Origin: Catajapyx aquilonaris
Lineage: Eukaryota
Direction: 5' to 3'
Assembly: GCA_000934665.2 (NCBI GenBank)
Contig: KZ538527.1
Span: forward strand, 1 to 64,000
Length of the DNA: 64,000 bases
In this document: positions 1-13,200 of the stretch, piece by piece
Position numbering within the stretch: position 1 is the first letter of the stretch
Layout of the letters: every line of letters starts with the position of its first letter
Position numbers and translations under genes: made by a program
Notes under the pieces: model-generated
Database searches by the model: none
What the model saw: the letters and a program-made list of their open reading frames with translations, nothing else
What the model was told of the DNA's origin: nothing

Positions 1-180
1 GTCCGCGTCACTCCCTCGATTTGTAATCAGTGGCAACAATGGAAGCGCTCTCCATGGGCTGATGTTTGAATTGGCCCGCCGGACAGGGTTGCCAGGTAAC
101 GCGGCCGCCGCCGCCGCAGGAAAAAAAACATTCAGCGACGGCTAATATGTCCAGCACTGTACAATCGCGGAAATTAGTAT

Positions 181-550
181 GGAAGCAGACCTGAAGCTGA
201 AATTAACCTCCAATCATCACTTAGAATCTTAGATGAATTTTCCAACGAGTGCGCACCCACACTCGCGCAGCTCAATTGTTCTGACAACAACGTTTCCACT
301 ACCTAGTAGCCTCTGAGTATCGTTCCAGAGCCTTGGCAACGTCGCAAACGTCGGCCATTTTCTTCCGTTCCCCAAACGTAGCGTTGGAAATAAGTGCAGC
401 GCTTACTATACTCAACTTACCAGCTATCATTGATAGCTCCAACCCTGCCAGCTGCGCGAACTGTGATGCGCACTCGGTTGCGTTCGTAAAAATATTCATC
501 TATTAGAGGAGGGGAGCTTTGAGGCTAATTTGAGCCCCAGGTCTGCTACC
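181..550. mobile_element. MITE with GGAAGCAGACCTG...CAGGTCTGCTACC ends, containing a nested TAGATG-family element
   Basis: Imperfect ~30-bp inverted ends; the same end recurs at ~11309. Confidence 0.5.
230..502. mobile_element. MITE family with TAGATG...CATCTA ends and GCAACCGAGTGCGCA subterminal motif
   Basis: Inverted ends; related copies at ~7200-7750, ~9230-9425, ~16640-17122 and partial copies at ~5536-5592, ~6190-6258. Confidence 0.65.
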
Positions 551-1118
551 TCACTCATTTCATCGATATCAAAAATAGGACAATGCACATAGATCGATAT
601 AATGATCGGATTATCGGCAACTGAGAATCTCGTTTTATAGCCATTTTAGTGCCCATTTCCTGAGCGAGGTTTATATTATTAAAATGGGTATGTTGCCCTG
701 TGTAAATGGCATCTCTCGTGTGTGTATATGAATGAAAGGGTAAGGGAGGGTTAATATATGAGGGGGTGGGGGTGGCAGAAATGTGTGTGGGGAGGGGGGA
801 GAGCGACCAGATATATCACCCCCTCCAAGGCGGGGTCAGAGGTCATCTCGTTGGCAGACAGGAGGTCAGTTCCTCGGCCACCTCCAGGCGGCCCCTTAAT
901 TGAAACTGCTCTGTGATGAAGCCGACGCCCACGTCATTCATCTCGCCTTATTCCCTTATCCAACCACACTTAAAAAGTAGATTTATTTTTAATTATAAAA
1001 TTTTGACTCAAATTTAAGTAAGTTATGTGAAAATACCGCATTTTTGCATTATTCAGGTGTCCATTTATTTTTATTTTTATTGACCTTCCCAACACTTCAA
1101 GTAACGCTCGGAGAACTG

Positions 1119-1121
1119 TAC

Positions 1122-1193
<72 letters not shown>

Positions 1194-1200
1194 TTACTAC
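1119..1200. repeat. (CTA)n microsatellite
   Basis: Direct reading. Confidence 0.95.
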
Positions 1201-1589
1201 TCACAGTAGCTATTAGCTATTGAAATGAAGCTGCCAACAGCGATAAATAGCAGCTAATTTTCTGGACCCCCGAAAGTAACTGTTGAAAAAAGTAACATGA
1301 TCAGCTTAACTGCTTATTTCGTAGCTACTACTTCTGGTAATGTTGGAAAGGGATTCAAATAAGTTGCTTATTACAAAGGAGCTGGTAATTTTAACGAGTA
1401 GCGTCACAGGTTAATATAATTTCTCAGAGCTCTTAATATTTTTGATATGGTACCGTACTTCTGGAGTGATAAAAATAAGCTGCTTATTAAAATAGCTATA
1501 GAAAGCAGTTAGGAGCTAATTATTTTATGGTCGGCGTAATGGCTTAAAAATTTAATAGCTAATATTGGTAAAATGCTTAAAACAAGCTG

Positions 1590-1870
1590 GTTTTGCAAAA
1601 TAGCTATCCAAAGCTACTTATTACCACAATAGCTACCCAAAGCTACTTATTACAAAAATAGCTATCCAAAGCTACTTATTACCACAATAGCTACCCAAAG
1701 CTAGCTATTACAAAAATAGCTATCCAAAGCTACCTATTACCACAATAGCTACCCAAAGCTAGCTATTACAAAAATAGCTACCCAAAGCTAGCTATTACAA
1801 AAATAGCTATCCAAAGCTACTTATTACCAAAATAGCTATCCAAAACGACTTATTACAAAAATAGCTATCC
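1590..1870. repeat. ~29-bp tandem repeat (AATAGCTATCCAAAGCTACTTATTAC...)
   Basis: About 9 near-identical units within a wider AGCT-rich degenerate zone (1200-2100). Confidence 0.9.
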
Positions 1871-4222
1871 ATTGCAGTATTAGGAACGTCCAGTAATTTG
1901 ATGAGCAGCTTAACTGTTGAAAGTCATTTAATTTTTAATAGCTCATATTTTTGTACTGGTCGGAAAGTGCTAGCTGTTTATTACAAAGAAAAAGTCGTCA
2001 AAAGCAGTTATGTAAGGAGCTAGTAATTTTTATGGGCAGCTTAACTGTTGAAAGTCATTTAATAGCTAATATTTTTTTGATAATTTTGGGAAGCGATAAA
2101 AATAATGTGGTTATTACAACAAATAGACCGAGGAGTGGTTATGGAGCAGGGCCTGCTGGTTATGACAATAAGTCCTGCTGACAGTGAGTTTAAGAGCTCT
2201 TTAAAAAAATAAAGGCCTGTAATTTTGGAGGGGGTGTAACGTCCCTCTAATTGCATTTCTCGGTTGTAATGGGTGTAATTTTGTGGTTTGGGGGGTGGTG
2301 GTGTGATGGCACGTTTTGAAAATGGTGGGGGGGAAGGGGGGGGGCAAAGGTGGTTCGCTGACCACTTGTGACCAACCACGTCATCATCCACACACCCGGA
2401 GAGAGAAGTGGTGGGTTGGGATGATGGGGGAGAGAAAATTCCACTTGGGAATAAGCCCACTTGACCTGACCCAATAGTGACCACCACGATTAGCGAGAAA
2501 AAGAGGGATGGACAGCCAGCAGGAAGAAAGACTTGTTTATATATTTTTCTCTGGCTCCTTTAAATAAAAAAAAATAAGGGCGGAGCTCCTCCAACTGTGG
2601 CGACCTTGCCTCGGGGATATACTCAGAAAACATCTAGTAGTAATATGTCAGGGTAAATAAAATATTACCTGTCCATGAAAACTATTTTTGAAGTAGTGGT
2701 CTTGAAAAACTACGTTCAAAATATGTTTAAAAAATCAGGGCGCAAACGAGAGCGTTCCAGACCAATCCGGACAACTTGAAGTCCATGGCTGACAAATTGT
2801 TAGCTAAGTATTAATATTGTAATAAAATTATTAATCATCAAATAACAATAAGTGAATATGAAATTGCCACCGCCTGTTATTAAACCAATTTTCCGTACTG
2901 ATTTAAATATTAATCAAATTAATTACACTAAATAAAGTGCAGCATAAATTATTACCAATTTACAATTATTTAATTAATAAGTACTGTATATTATCATTAG
3001 TGGTATTTATTATGAAAGTATCATGTATTATGCATGATTATATTATATATATTAATTATATTATGTAGTATTATATTAATATATTGTTATTTATTTATTC
3101 TGTTACCATACTATGTATTTTGTATTATTTAATTATTAATTTATTGTTTATTTGTTATATTACTATGTATGATGTTTATGAAAGTGTTAGTTATTATTTA
3201 ATAGGAAAGCGAACCACTTGCCAAACTCTGGCAACACTGCCCTCCGACTGTGGATGTAGTACCATGACCCTCACACAGATGACCCATTCCTTCTTTGCGC
3301 AGTACTCACTCCGGACAAACAGAGGCACAGAGGCCAATTCTATATACGTGATGGAATAACCACGAATGAAATTATATAATTATCTAATAATTGTAATTTT
3401 TCAAATGTAAATTATTTATCACATCTGACAACACTTTTTGACTGTTCCTTCCCGGTTCGGCCTGCTGCACCTGTTGCGTAAGCTGGACACGCACTAATTA
3501 CAACTGAAATGATGACCCCTCTCTAAAGCCGTCATCCTGACCTATATTATACTCCAGCTGATGGGCAGGCCCAGTTGGTGTGCCAACCCAAATGGTCAAA
3601 TCGGGGCCGCACAAAATGTTGCTTCTCTTCAAAAGTGGTCGCTAGGGTGAACAATGCGCCGCAATGTCTTCATCTCTACCACTCTCTTTGACTCGATTGG
3701 GACATTGCATTTGTTGTTGCTCGTTGGGGGTTGCTATACTTGCAAGGGTGAACAATCAGCACTTTGTTTACAACTACTGTTGTGTCACTTAACTTGAACC
3801 TCCTTTTTGTTATAGGATAAAATCTCAACCGAAAATTTGTCGCGATTTTTTTTCTCTCTCTCTCGATCCCCGCGTGCCGGTCAAGGACCCCCCCTCAAAG
3901 TTGGGTCGGTTATTGTTAAGATATGACCGCGCATAAGTGGCAGACGCAACCTACATACACAAAAGGCCGCGTGCATGGCAAGGTTGCCTGCGACTTAAAA
4001 ACGTGCGTGCGCATCGATCACAGGATTATAAATGTGGGGAAAAAAATAGCAACAAAAGAGTTTGTGCTCGATATCGGGTGGCCACAGCAAAAAAAAAACA
4101 ACATACTACATAATAAGCCCTTGGGGTCACTCCTGGAGGTGACCTCACCCGATCACTAGTGACGTCAGTTTTACTAGTATAGGTACGGTGCATCGGTCTG
4201 GTATGGGCATCACGAGATCGGA

Positions 4223-7200
4223 ATGACCAGGATCTGGCTACTCTGGTGAGTGTCTGCGACGTCTGACGTACGCCACTCACAGTAGTTGCGGGTAACGTCA
4301 ATTTTAATAACCGCAGTTTAAGACACTTTGCACTAAACAGACAATTAGCAGGATATTTGACACCATCAGCCAACACTTAACGGTCAGTTAAGCATTAACC
4401 CCAGTCTGATTTGAGCTAAACAGACAATTAACAGGATATTTGACACCATCATCCAATCCTTGTAACACCGTTTACGCTTAACGGGCAGTTAACAGGCTGG
4501 TTATTTCACATCATCGATCAACATTTTAACGGTCAGTTAAGCACTAATATAAGTTCAGTTTAAGGCACTTTGCGCTAAAACAGGCAATTAACTGGATATT
4601 TGACACCATCAGCCAATCCTTGTAACGGCCAGTTAAGGACTAACTGTAGTTCAAGGCACTTAAACCACCGTTTACGCTTAACGGCCAGTTAACACGTTGG
4701 ATGACATCATCGGCCAACTTTTTGCACGGTCAGTGAAGCACTTACTGCAGTTTAATGCATTTAAACTGCAGCTTGCATTTATAACAGCCAGTTAACAAGC
4801 GTGATATTTGACACTAACGCTCAACATTTTAACGGCCAGTTAAGCACTAACAACAGTTTCAGGCACTTTGCTCTAAACAGTGCAGACAATTAACTAGATA
4901 TTTGACACCATCGGCCAACCCTTACAACGGTCAGGGTAAGCACTAACTGAAGTTCAAGTCACTTAAACCATCGTTAACGCTTTACGGCCAGGTAACAGAA
5001 TGGATATCTGACATCATCAACCGACATTTTTAACCGCCAGTTAAGCACTAACTACATTTTAAGACACTTTGAGCGAAACAGACAATTGACAGGTTATTTG
5101 ACACAATCTATAATAGCATTTTTAACGATCAGTTAAGCACGACTGCAGTTTAAGGTACATAAGCTGCTGTTTGAGCTTAAAAGCCAGTTAACGAGCTGTA
5201 AATGCGACATCAGCCTACCGTTTTAACGATCAGTTAAGCACGACTGCAGTTTAAGGTACTTAAACTGCCGTTTGCGCTTAACAGCCAGTTAACACTGAAG
5301 CTGTAAATGTGACTTCAGCCTATCGTTTTAACGGCCAGTTACGCACTTAAACTACCGTCTACGCTTAACCACTAATGAAAAGGTTGGCTATTCGACATAT
5401 CATCATCCACAATCTTTCAAACCGTCGCTTATTAAGAGCTATTTAACTACAGATTGGGGTACGGCAGGTTCAACTGCAGTTTACGCGACGTTCTCTAATC
5501 GGTTGATTTACACACTTTCATTGATAACGACAACCGTGCACGCTGCGCGAACTGTGGTGCGCACTCGGTTGCGTTCGTAAACAAATTCATCTATAACCAG
5601 CCGTTCACCTTAACACGACGGGACATGGGCGGTTAGATCGTAAGCAGCCGATTAGATAATGCCCGTAATTTGACCCGGCCTAAGCTGCAATTAACTCTTA
5701 ACCCACAGTTTAAGGCTGGGTGTGCATCGGGGTTACTCATATTAATTATACCCAGTGATTAATAGCATGAGGATAGAGACGAGCCAGGTTGGGCCTAGAC
5801 TCTAGAGGATGTCATCTAACCGACGGTTTAACTGACAGTTAGTCCGGTAGCCGAAAAGTGCGTTGTGAGCATGCGTGTTGTGCGTGTGTATTGCAAGGCA
5901 TGAAACACTGGTTCCGTCCTCGGATGGATGGATGGATGGATAGATGTAGGCGGGGCCCAATTTGACGGGGGCAGCAGGAAGGAAAGGGGCAGCCGAGTGG
6001 AACTGCCCGGGAGCCGCCCCGGGGCCAAGGACTCGCCTTTCCTCCACCCCCCCCCTGCCTCACCCTCCAATCAATCAATTACCACCTGTATTGACAAGCG
6101 GGCGCCGCACGGGCCATGATCCAGTTGAAGGCCCTCATATTACTGCGAATATTGGCACCCATGTTTAAATCAATGTGCATTGGCAACACTGAACGCAACC
6201 GAGTGCGCAGCATATTTCGCGCAGCACGTTGGAGCTGCGCGAATGTGGCTGCGCACTAGGCCAGGGCCTTACTAGGCACACTGCTGCCACTCTCAGGGTC
6301 GTGAGTGGTACTACGTGGACAAACCGAGGCACAGACCTGTACGGGCCTCCCAGTGTAACACGTGAGAGGTTTGATTAATGTTGGTTGCCGGCTTCGAATT
6401 AGATGGTCAGCGGGTGGTATGGGGCCCCCCACGGACAGGTCAGATCAACCAATCGCACGCCGCTTAATGGACCTTGCTGACTCGGCAATTTCTATTGAAC
6501 TATCATATAGTAGACATGACGCAGCAACACCTTTTTTTCTTCTTCTTCGATTGATTGGAACCCCATAGGTTCCTCATTTACACCCAACAACTTGTGGGTG
6601 ATCTACTGCCATTTTGTAACCTTGCAAAGATATATGTCTTCAGCGCTACAGTTATCGTGATTTTGACTTGTCTGTTGCTCCTTCCAGCTGGTGGCTCCTG
6701 CTGCTGGTGGCTTGGTGGTTGCAGACCTGCCAGGGGTCATCGGGGCAACTCACTGACCCTTCCGAGCAGGTCAGTGACCTCCCCAAATCACTGTTGCCAG
6801 ACGCAACCACCGGGTGACCAGATGCAGTGGCGATGCGTCTGGCAACACTGCAACAATAAAATGGGCTGAAATCGTTTATTATAATATTAATAGTTAATTC
6901 GGATTATTAATATTAATGCAGGGTGAGGGTGTGAGCAATAAGTGGTGGGTGTGGGGTCCGTGGACGCCATGGACGCCTTGCTCCAGGTCCTGCGGCGGAG
7001 GCGTCGCGGCGCAGACCAGGGACTGCCTCCTTTCAGACCACTTCCGGTACGTACACACTAAACGGCCAGTTTAATGTGCTTTCGATGAAAACTTTGGCTT
7101 AAGGGGTAGGGGCACGCTGCACCAACCTACCACCATGGCCTAACCTTCCATCCCAGCATATTCCCGCCTATCCTTCAGCAGATACACGCCTATAGCTGTG

Positions 7201-10200
7201 GACGCAACCGAGTGCTCAACACAGTTCGCGCAAATTGTTTCCAACGCTATACGCTTCAGGGGGTGACACTATGGCCGATTTTTGCGACGTTGCCAAGGCT
7301 CTGGAGCGACCCTTAGACAGGGAGCATATACTACATAAGAGGCGCAAACTTTTGTTCGCGTCTCTCTGTTTGGGGCCGTTGCCAAGGCTGGCGGCCATCT
7401 TGAAGTGTGGGGAACGCCAACGAGGTATAAATAGGGTACAGGCAAAAATAGGGTCCGCCATCTTCGATGGTTTTGGCGGCCATGGCAACCACACGGCAAG
7501 AACACGCGCGAATCAAAGATGGCGGACCCTATTTTTGCCTGTACCCTATTTATACCTCGTTGGCGTTCCCCACACTTCAAGATGGCCGCCAGCCTTGGCA
7601 ACGCCCCAAACAGAGAGACGCGGAAATTGAATGTTTGCGCCTCTTATGTAGTATATGCTCTCTGTCTTAGAGGAGTAACGTTGTTGCCAGAACAATGGAC
7701 TTGCTCTAGAGTGGGTGCGCAGTCGGTTGCGCTTGTAAAAAAAAATCTATAGTCCCTTACTTCGCTCATAGATGGCGCACTCTCCCTCTCTGCACACTAC
7801 TGCCACTCGAGTCATGCGAGAGGGTGGGGTACTACAAGTACATGCACCTAACTGAGCGGAGATGATGACTCACCCCGGACAAAACAGCCGGGCTTTTTAT
7901 TACCTGATTTTGTCCTGACTGATGGGCAATGACGTCACAGGCAGTGCCGACAGGTGCTGATGAGACTTCTTTTTTTTTAAATATATGGCCATACACCCCC
8001 CATTGGCCAGCACCCATAGATCAAACACCCCCTCCTCCTGTTTAATGGTAACGCCTTGAGCTTTTGACCCGATGCAAAAAGTGACGTCACTTCCGCCTCT
8101 GCTCAGATTGATTGAGGTCCCCCCCCCCCTCTCCTCTCTTCATTTCCGCCTCCCCACGCCTGACTAATGGCCTATCTGTCCGTCTGTCTGTCTACTCCAC
8201 TACCACCATCCACAATTAAAGATAAGAGTAAAATAGGGGGGCAGGTACTACAGACGGATGCTGCTGCATCCGCAAACTAATACCAACTGTCACATACTTT
8301 CAATACGTTTGATAATTAAAAAAATTCCGGCCAATAAACGAGGTCGACTCGTTGTGACGTCATCTGCTCAATTTACATGAACACGAGTGATGCAATTTGA
8401 TTTGCTGATCATTGAAGTCAATGTGATGGTCCAATAATTGTCTGTATATATTGTCGTTAGCCATCTTGTCGCATCTGAAGTGGACCCTGTACTTTTGCAG
8501 GTGAAAAATATGAGTAAATGGTAACGGGTTGTTGTGGAAAGAATATAATCAAACTCAATAGGCAGTGCGAAGAACGGGCTCCGCTGCTAGCCTTTTAGTG
8601 AAAGGCAAAGTTTGTTTGTTTGTCCTATATGTGTATGGGTAGGGACATCTCTCTATTCCTCCATACATATAAAAGGCAAAGTTTGTTTGATTGCTTGTCC
8701 TATATGTGGGTATGAAATTGATATAAAATGAAGTTTGTTTGTTTGTCCAGATCTGGTTTCAGTAATATGTCAATGGGTTACCACTGGGTTACCAGTGAGG
8801 TTCCGTTGGTATAGTAATAAATAAGTAATGGTCGCACGCAATGTCATATAAACTCATATTATCGAAACTCAATGTTTGAATAAATTCAATGTAATGGCAG
8901 CTATTGCTTTTGATAGCGTCTAAAAATCACTGGTTTAATAATAATCGCCAACTATTACGGACATTTTAATAGGAACACACTATATAGTTGCGGGCGACAC
9001 GTGGAAGACTTTTGTTGAAAGCCAGCCCCTTTTTCTTGTTGGAGGTTGATAGATTGCCCCCTTTGGGACCCATAAAGGCTATAAATCTGGCATCGTATAT
9101 TAGATATAAATCATGTTCTATAAACCGCGGCGTCTACTGTTATAGACATGAGCTGCTACGACGATAGAAGTGCTTTCGTATACGCAGCATTACCTCAGGG
9201 ATCATACTTGCATACTAAACTATGTACCGTGAATGAATTTTTTATGAGCGCAACCGAGTGCGCAACATAGTTCGCGCAAATTATTTCCAACACTACGCTT
9301 ATATAGCCGACTTTTGGGACGTTGCCAAGTCTCTGGAACGAACCTTAGAGGCTACCGGTGTGGCAACAGTGAACTTGCGCGAGTGTGGGTGCGCACTCAT
9401 CAGTTTCGCTCGTCAAAATTTTTGTTCGTCCTGGGTGAGTCATCACATTAATTCAACCATATCCACGTCGTACCACTACCCCTCGCACGACCCTCAGAGT
9501 GGCAGAAGTGTGATGAGGATGAGCCGACGTGAACCTGGCTGAGTTGTGATGACTGACCCTGGACAAACAAACCTACTTATTTTTCCAGTTGGCTGACCTA
9601 ATAATAAGCGATTTTACCTGATCATGTCAGGAAAGGAGGCAGGAAGAGGCGTCGCGAGCACCACGACAACAACACGGCGTCCAAAGAGCAGCGATTGGAA
9701 CGGACTTCATGCGTCGGACTCTACAGAAGGTACCACATCTGCAACAAGCAGGTAACGATCACTTTTTTTTTTTTTTTTTGCAATTTTCATATGAAAACCA
9801 GCGAATCGTACATTACGCGCAATGGTGGTTGCCTATCCCGCAGGATTGCTCCGGATTCCGGCGGGACTTCCGAAGCGAGCAGTGCGAGGAATTCAATCAA
9901 AAGGCATTCAAAGGCCGCTACTACTATTGGGAGCCCTTCCTACACGGTGAGCAAACCACGGTTGTCATGTATGATACCGACGGTACCCATCATTATCATG
10001 CCCTGCTGTATGTATACACCGCAGCTCCCAGTCCCTGCGAGCTGAACTGCAAGCCTCGAGGTCACGGCTTCTATGCCACTTTGAAGCACACTGTCATCGA
10101 CGGCACACCCTGTTACAGCCGTACATCCGACAGAGCCATCTGCGTTGAAGGAGCCTGCAAGGTAAGTACCGATGTAGTACAGTGTTGGACATTAATCGCG

Positions 10201-13200
10201 TCGTACAGCTTGCGACATTAGCAGAAGTGCAAATCGAAGTGGCAATGCCACAGTAACGTTCGTTGGTCTTTACTACGCGACGAAGCGGCAGGAGTCGGGG
10301 TGGAGGCACGGGGGAAGTTCAGTGAGCGCTTCCGAATGCATCTCGCAGTGGCAAAGCCACAATAACGTTCGTTTGCCTGTGGCGCCACGAAACGTATGGT
10401 AGGCTACAGTAATTTTGCGGCAATAAGCACCCAGCTTCGTAATTAACTAAAATTATCATGCTAGTGGACGGACCTGGCCTGGCGGAGCCACAAATATAGC
10501 GACAGTCCGGCAAACAGAAGCATCTATTCGGGCGCGCTCTTTGAAATGCTTCCATCACGAAGCGACGCTTCGTCGCGTAGTAAAGATCAGCCGAAAAAAT
10601 GTTTCGGACAATCACGATTAGGCTATAGGTTACATATGAAGCAGGTTTGCCAACTGAAATTTCCCCCAAATTTTTGAGGGGGGGACTCACCTTGTTATGC
10701 TTGGTGAGTCTAGGCATCCACATTGAGTGTGGGAGAGTGACACACACGTGCAGCACATATAAGGGCCTCCCTTCCCACCCCTCCTCTCACTTGACTAACA
10801 ATCTCGGGCACGTGCTAGCTCGTGGCCTCTTAACCACCCAAAAAAGATCAATCTTGGACCCCAGAGAGAGGAAGGAGGAAGACAGCCACAGCCTCCCTTC
10901 CGCTTCCGCTTCCGGACCAAAAACCTCCCCATTATTTTTCTTGGTAGGACGTCTGCTTCCTGAGTCCCCATTTTCCTCAAGAGGTCTTCTCCATAAGAAT
11001 TACCCTTTTTTTGATTTTTTTTCCCCCATCCCGCGAGATCATTCCAAGTGACCTTTAGCAGGGTTAAACCTGGCCTTTTTGGAGGGGGAGTTTGGGCGAT
11101 AAAGGCCAAGTCAGCTGGTTTTGGGACAACTCATCAATCCTCCACTTCCTGTCAATTACACCCTCTTCTTACAAGGGGAAGAGGAAACCTGGGGCCAAAG
11201 TTCGCATGGGGGGGGGGGGGGGNNNNNNNGGGGGGAAATATTTTTGCAATGTCAGCCAGTGTGTCATAACGTAGCCTCGTTTACATGCACCGAGAAATGA
11301 GTGTGTAAGGAAGCAGACCTGAAGCTCAAATTATAGCCGCCAGCAAATAAGGCGCTCCTACCTCTACCTTATTATTATTTATTCAATTCCTTTTATTTAT
11401 TATTTACCATATTAAGTTAATTTTTGTAATTTTTGTGTATTTTCTATATTTTTATATTACACGCATTATGCCGTGTTTGTATGCGATATTTATTTATTTT
11501 GTTGTTTTATTACGCATTATTTATTGCATAAATAAATTGGCTTAGCTCGGTGCTTCTGTCCGCGGTGAGTCATCAGTAGTGAGGGGTATATAGTGACCCG
11601 CAGTCCAATCGGGCAGGGCTGCCAAGTATTGGCGAGGAGTTCACTCTAGTTTACTTAAATTGAATTAACTTAATGATGATATTACCTGTATCGTGGATTC
11701 TGCAGATTTGGGTGGCAGTTCTGGAGATGTGTCAACCGGTTTTTTTTGGGGGGACAGGCTGCCTCGTCGAGTCAAAGCGACTCCGATTTGAGTCAGACCC
11801 AGAGATTTTCAGTAGTATTAACTATTCACGACACTACTTGTGGGGCTAAAATATTTCCTTTTTTGTTTCGAGTTGCTCGACCTCAGTCAGCCTTCATTTG
11901 GTGTCAAGAAATGTTAATGAGATGACAGTCTGTGTGACGAGATGGGGCTGAATAAGCACGCGCGCAAGAAAATAATAAGAAGCGTCGTCGCCAGGAATGT
12001 ATGTCCCCCCAGCACCAGTCCGTGTCGCTTATTACTACCATATAGAAGTAAAGATGAAGACCCTGTTACTTCAGAAGATGTGCACATGTTGAACATGGAT
12101 TGTTCGCTCTCAGAAACCTGAATTAGGCAATACCTTTTGGACGGAACAGTCAAGCTTGCTATGAATTGGATTGTTCGCTCCAGCAACCGGTTATTGCCAT
12201 GGCTAACAGTATATTCATTGGACTTGGGGAGTGCACCACCCTGTGCGTGTAGATCTATCTGGAGCAGCAACAGCACAGCATCCCCCCCTCCATCCAGACA
12301 GCATATTAGAACAAGTGCTGAGATTGGATGCAGCAGCTTTAGAAGCTATTTCCGATGGTTGCTACCCAGGGGGAGGGGGGTGGAGGGAGGAGGAGGAGGA
12401 GGAGGTTTGAAAGCTGCTGACACTTAGGCTAATGGGGAGGATGGCTCAGGAGGAGGAGGAAGAGGTCCTGCAGCAGGAGCACCACATTTCCAGACGTTCA
12501 TTTGTCTGGCACCGGGCCCAAACTGCCAACGCCACTCCAGAGACTATCGCGCCATTACTCAAACAAAAAGGAGTAGTAGCTAGTAGTAGTATGTAGTAGT
12601 CGTAAAAAGGGAGAGACGCTTCCCAACACATATATCCCAAATGTGTCTCATCTATAATCTGCTATTGGTCCAATAGTCCTAGTACCATATCCCTCACACA
12701 GATGGCGAACACTACTGCCACTCTCAGGGGCGTGCGGGACATGCACCTAAGTGATGACTCACCGCGGACAAACCTTGACAGACAAGCCAATTCTGTATAT
12801 AGATACAGTATTCTCTATATAATCTTTACTATTATTATATTATCATCTGCTATGATGTTACCTACATTGTTAGCTATTAAATTACCTATATTAATAGTTG
12901 TTATTACTATCTATATCATTACTTCATTAGCTATATGTTTTCTATATTATCATGTGTTGTATTATCATTATTAGCTATTATAATATCTATATCATTAGCT
13001 ACATTATATCATCTGTATATTATGTTATTATGGTACTTCATTGGCTGCACAATCATGTTATATCACCTGTACAAGTAGCTATCATATTAGCTATTGTGGC
13101 ATCTGGATTATTAGCTATTATATGATCTATAGTACCATCTGTTATATTATCTATATTATTTATTATTCTTATCTACATTCTAGTGTATTAGCTTCATGTA

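Noticed and set aside
4236..4286. Pre-miRNA
   Set aside because: Stem too short and bulged with a minimal loop; kept only as a splice-site hairpin candidate.
7216..7752. Cluster of ORFs ([11 protein letters not shown]..., also at 30422-30813 and 52393-52998)
   Set aside because: They arise from the palindromic MITE; no transposase motifs.
11914..12640. Possible nested gene in the THSD4 intron (also 14987-15259)
   Set aside because: No recognisable domain or consistent exon chain; low-complexity peptides.
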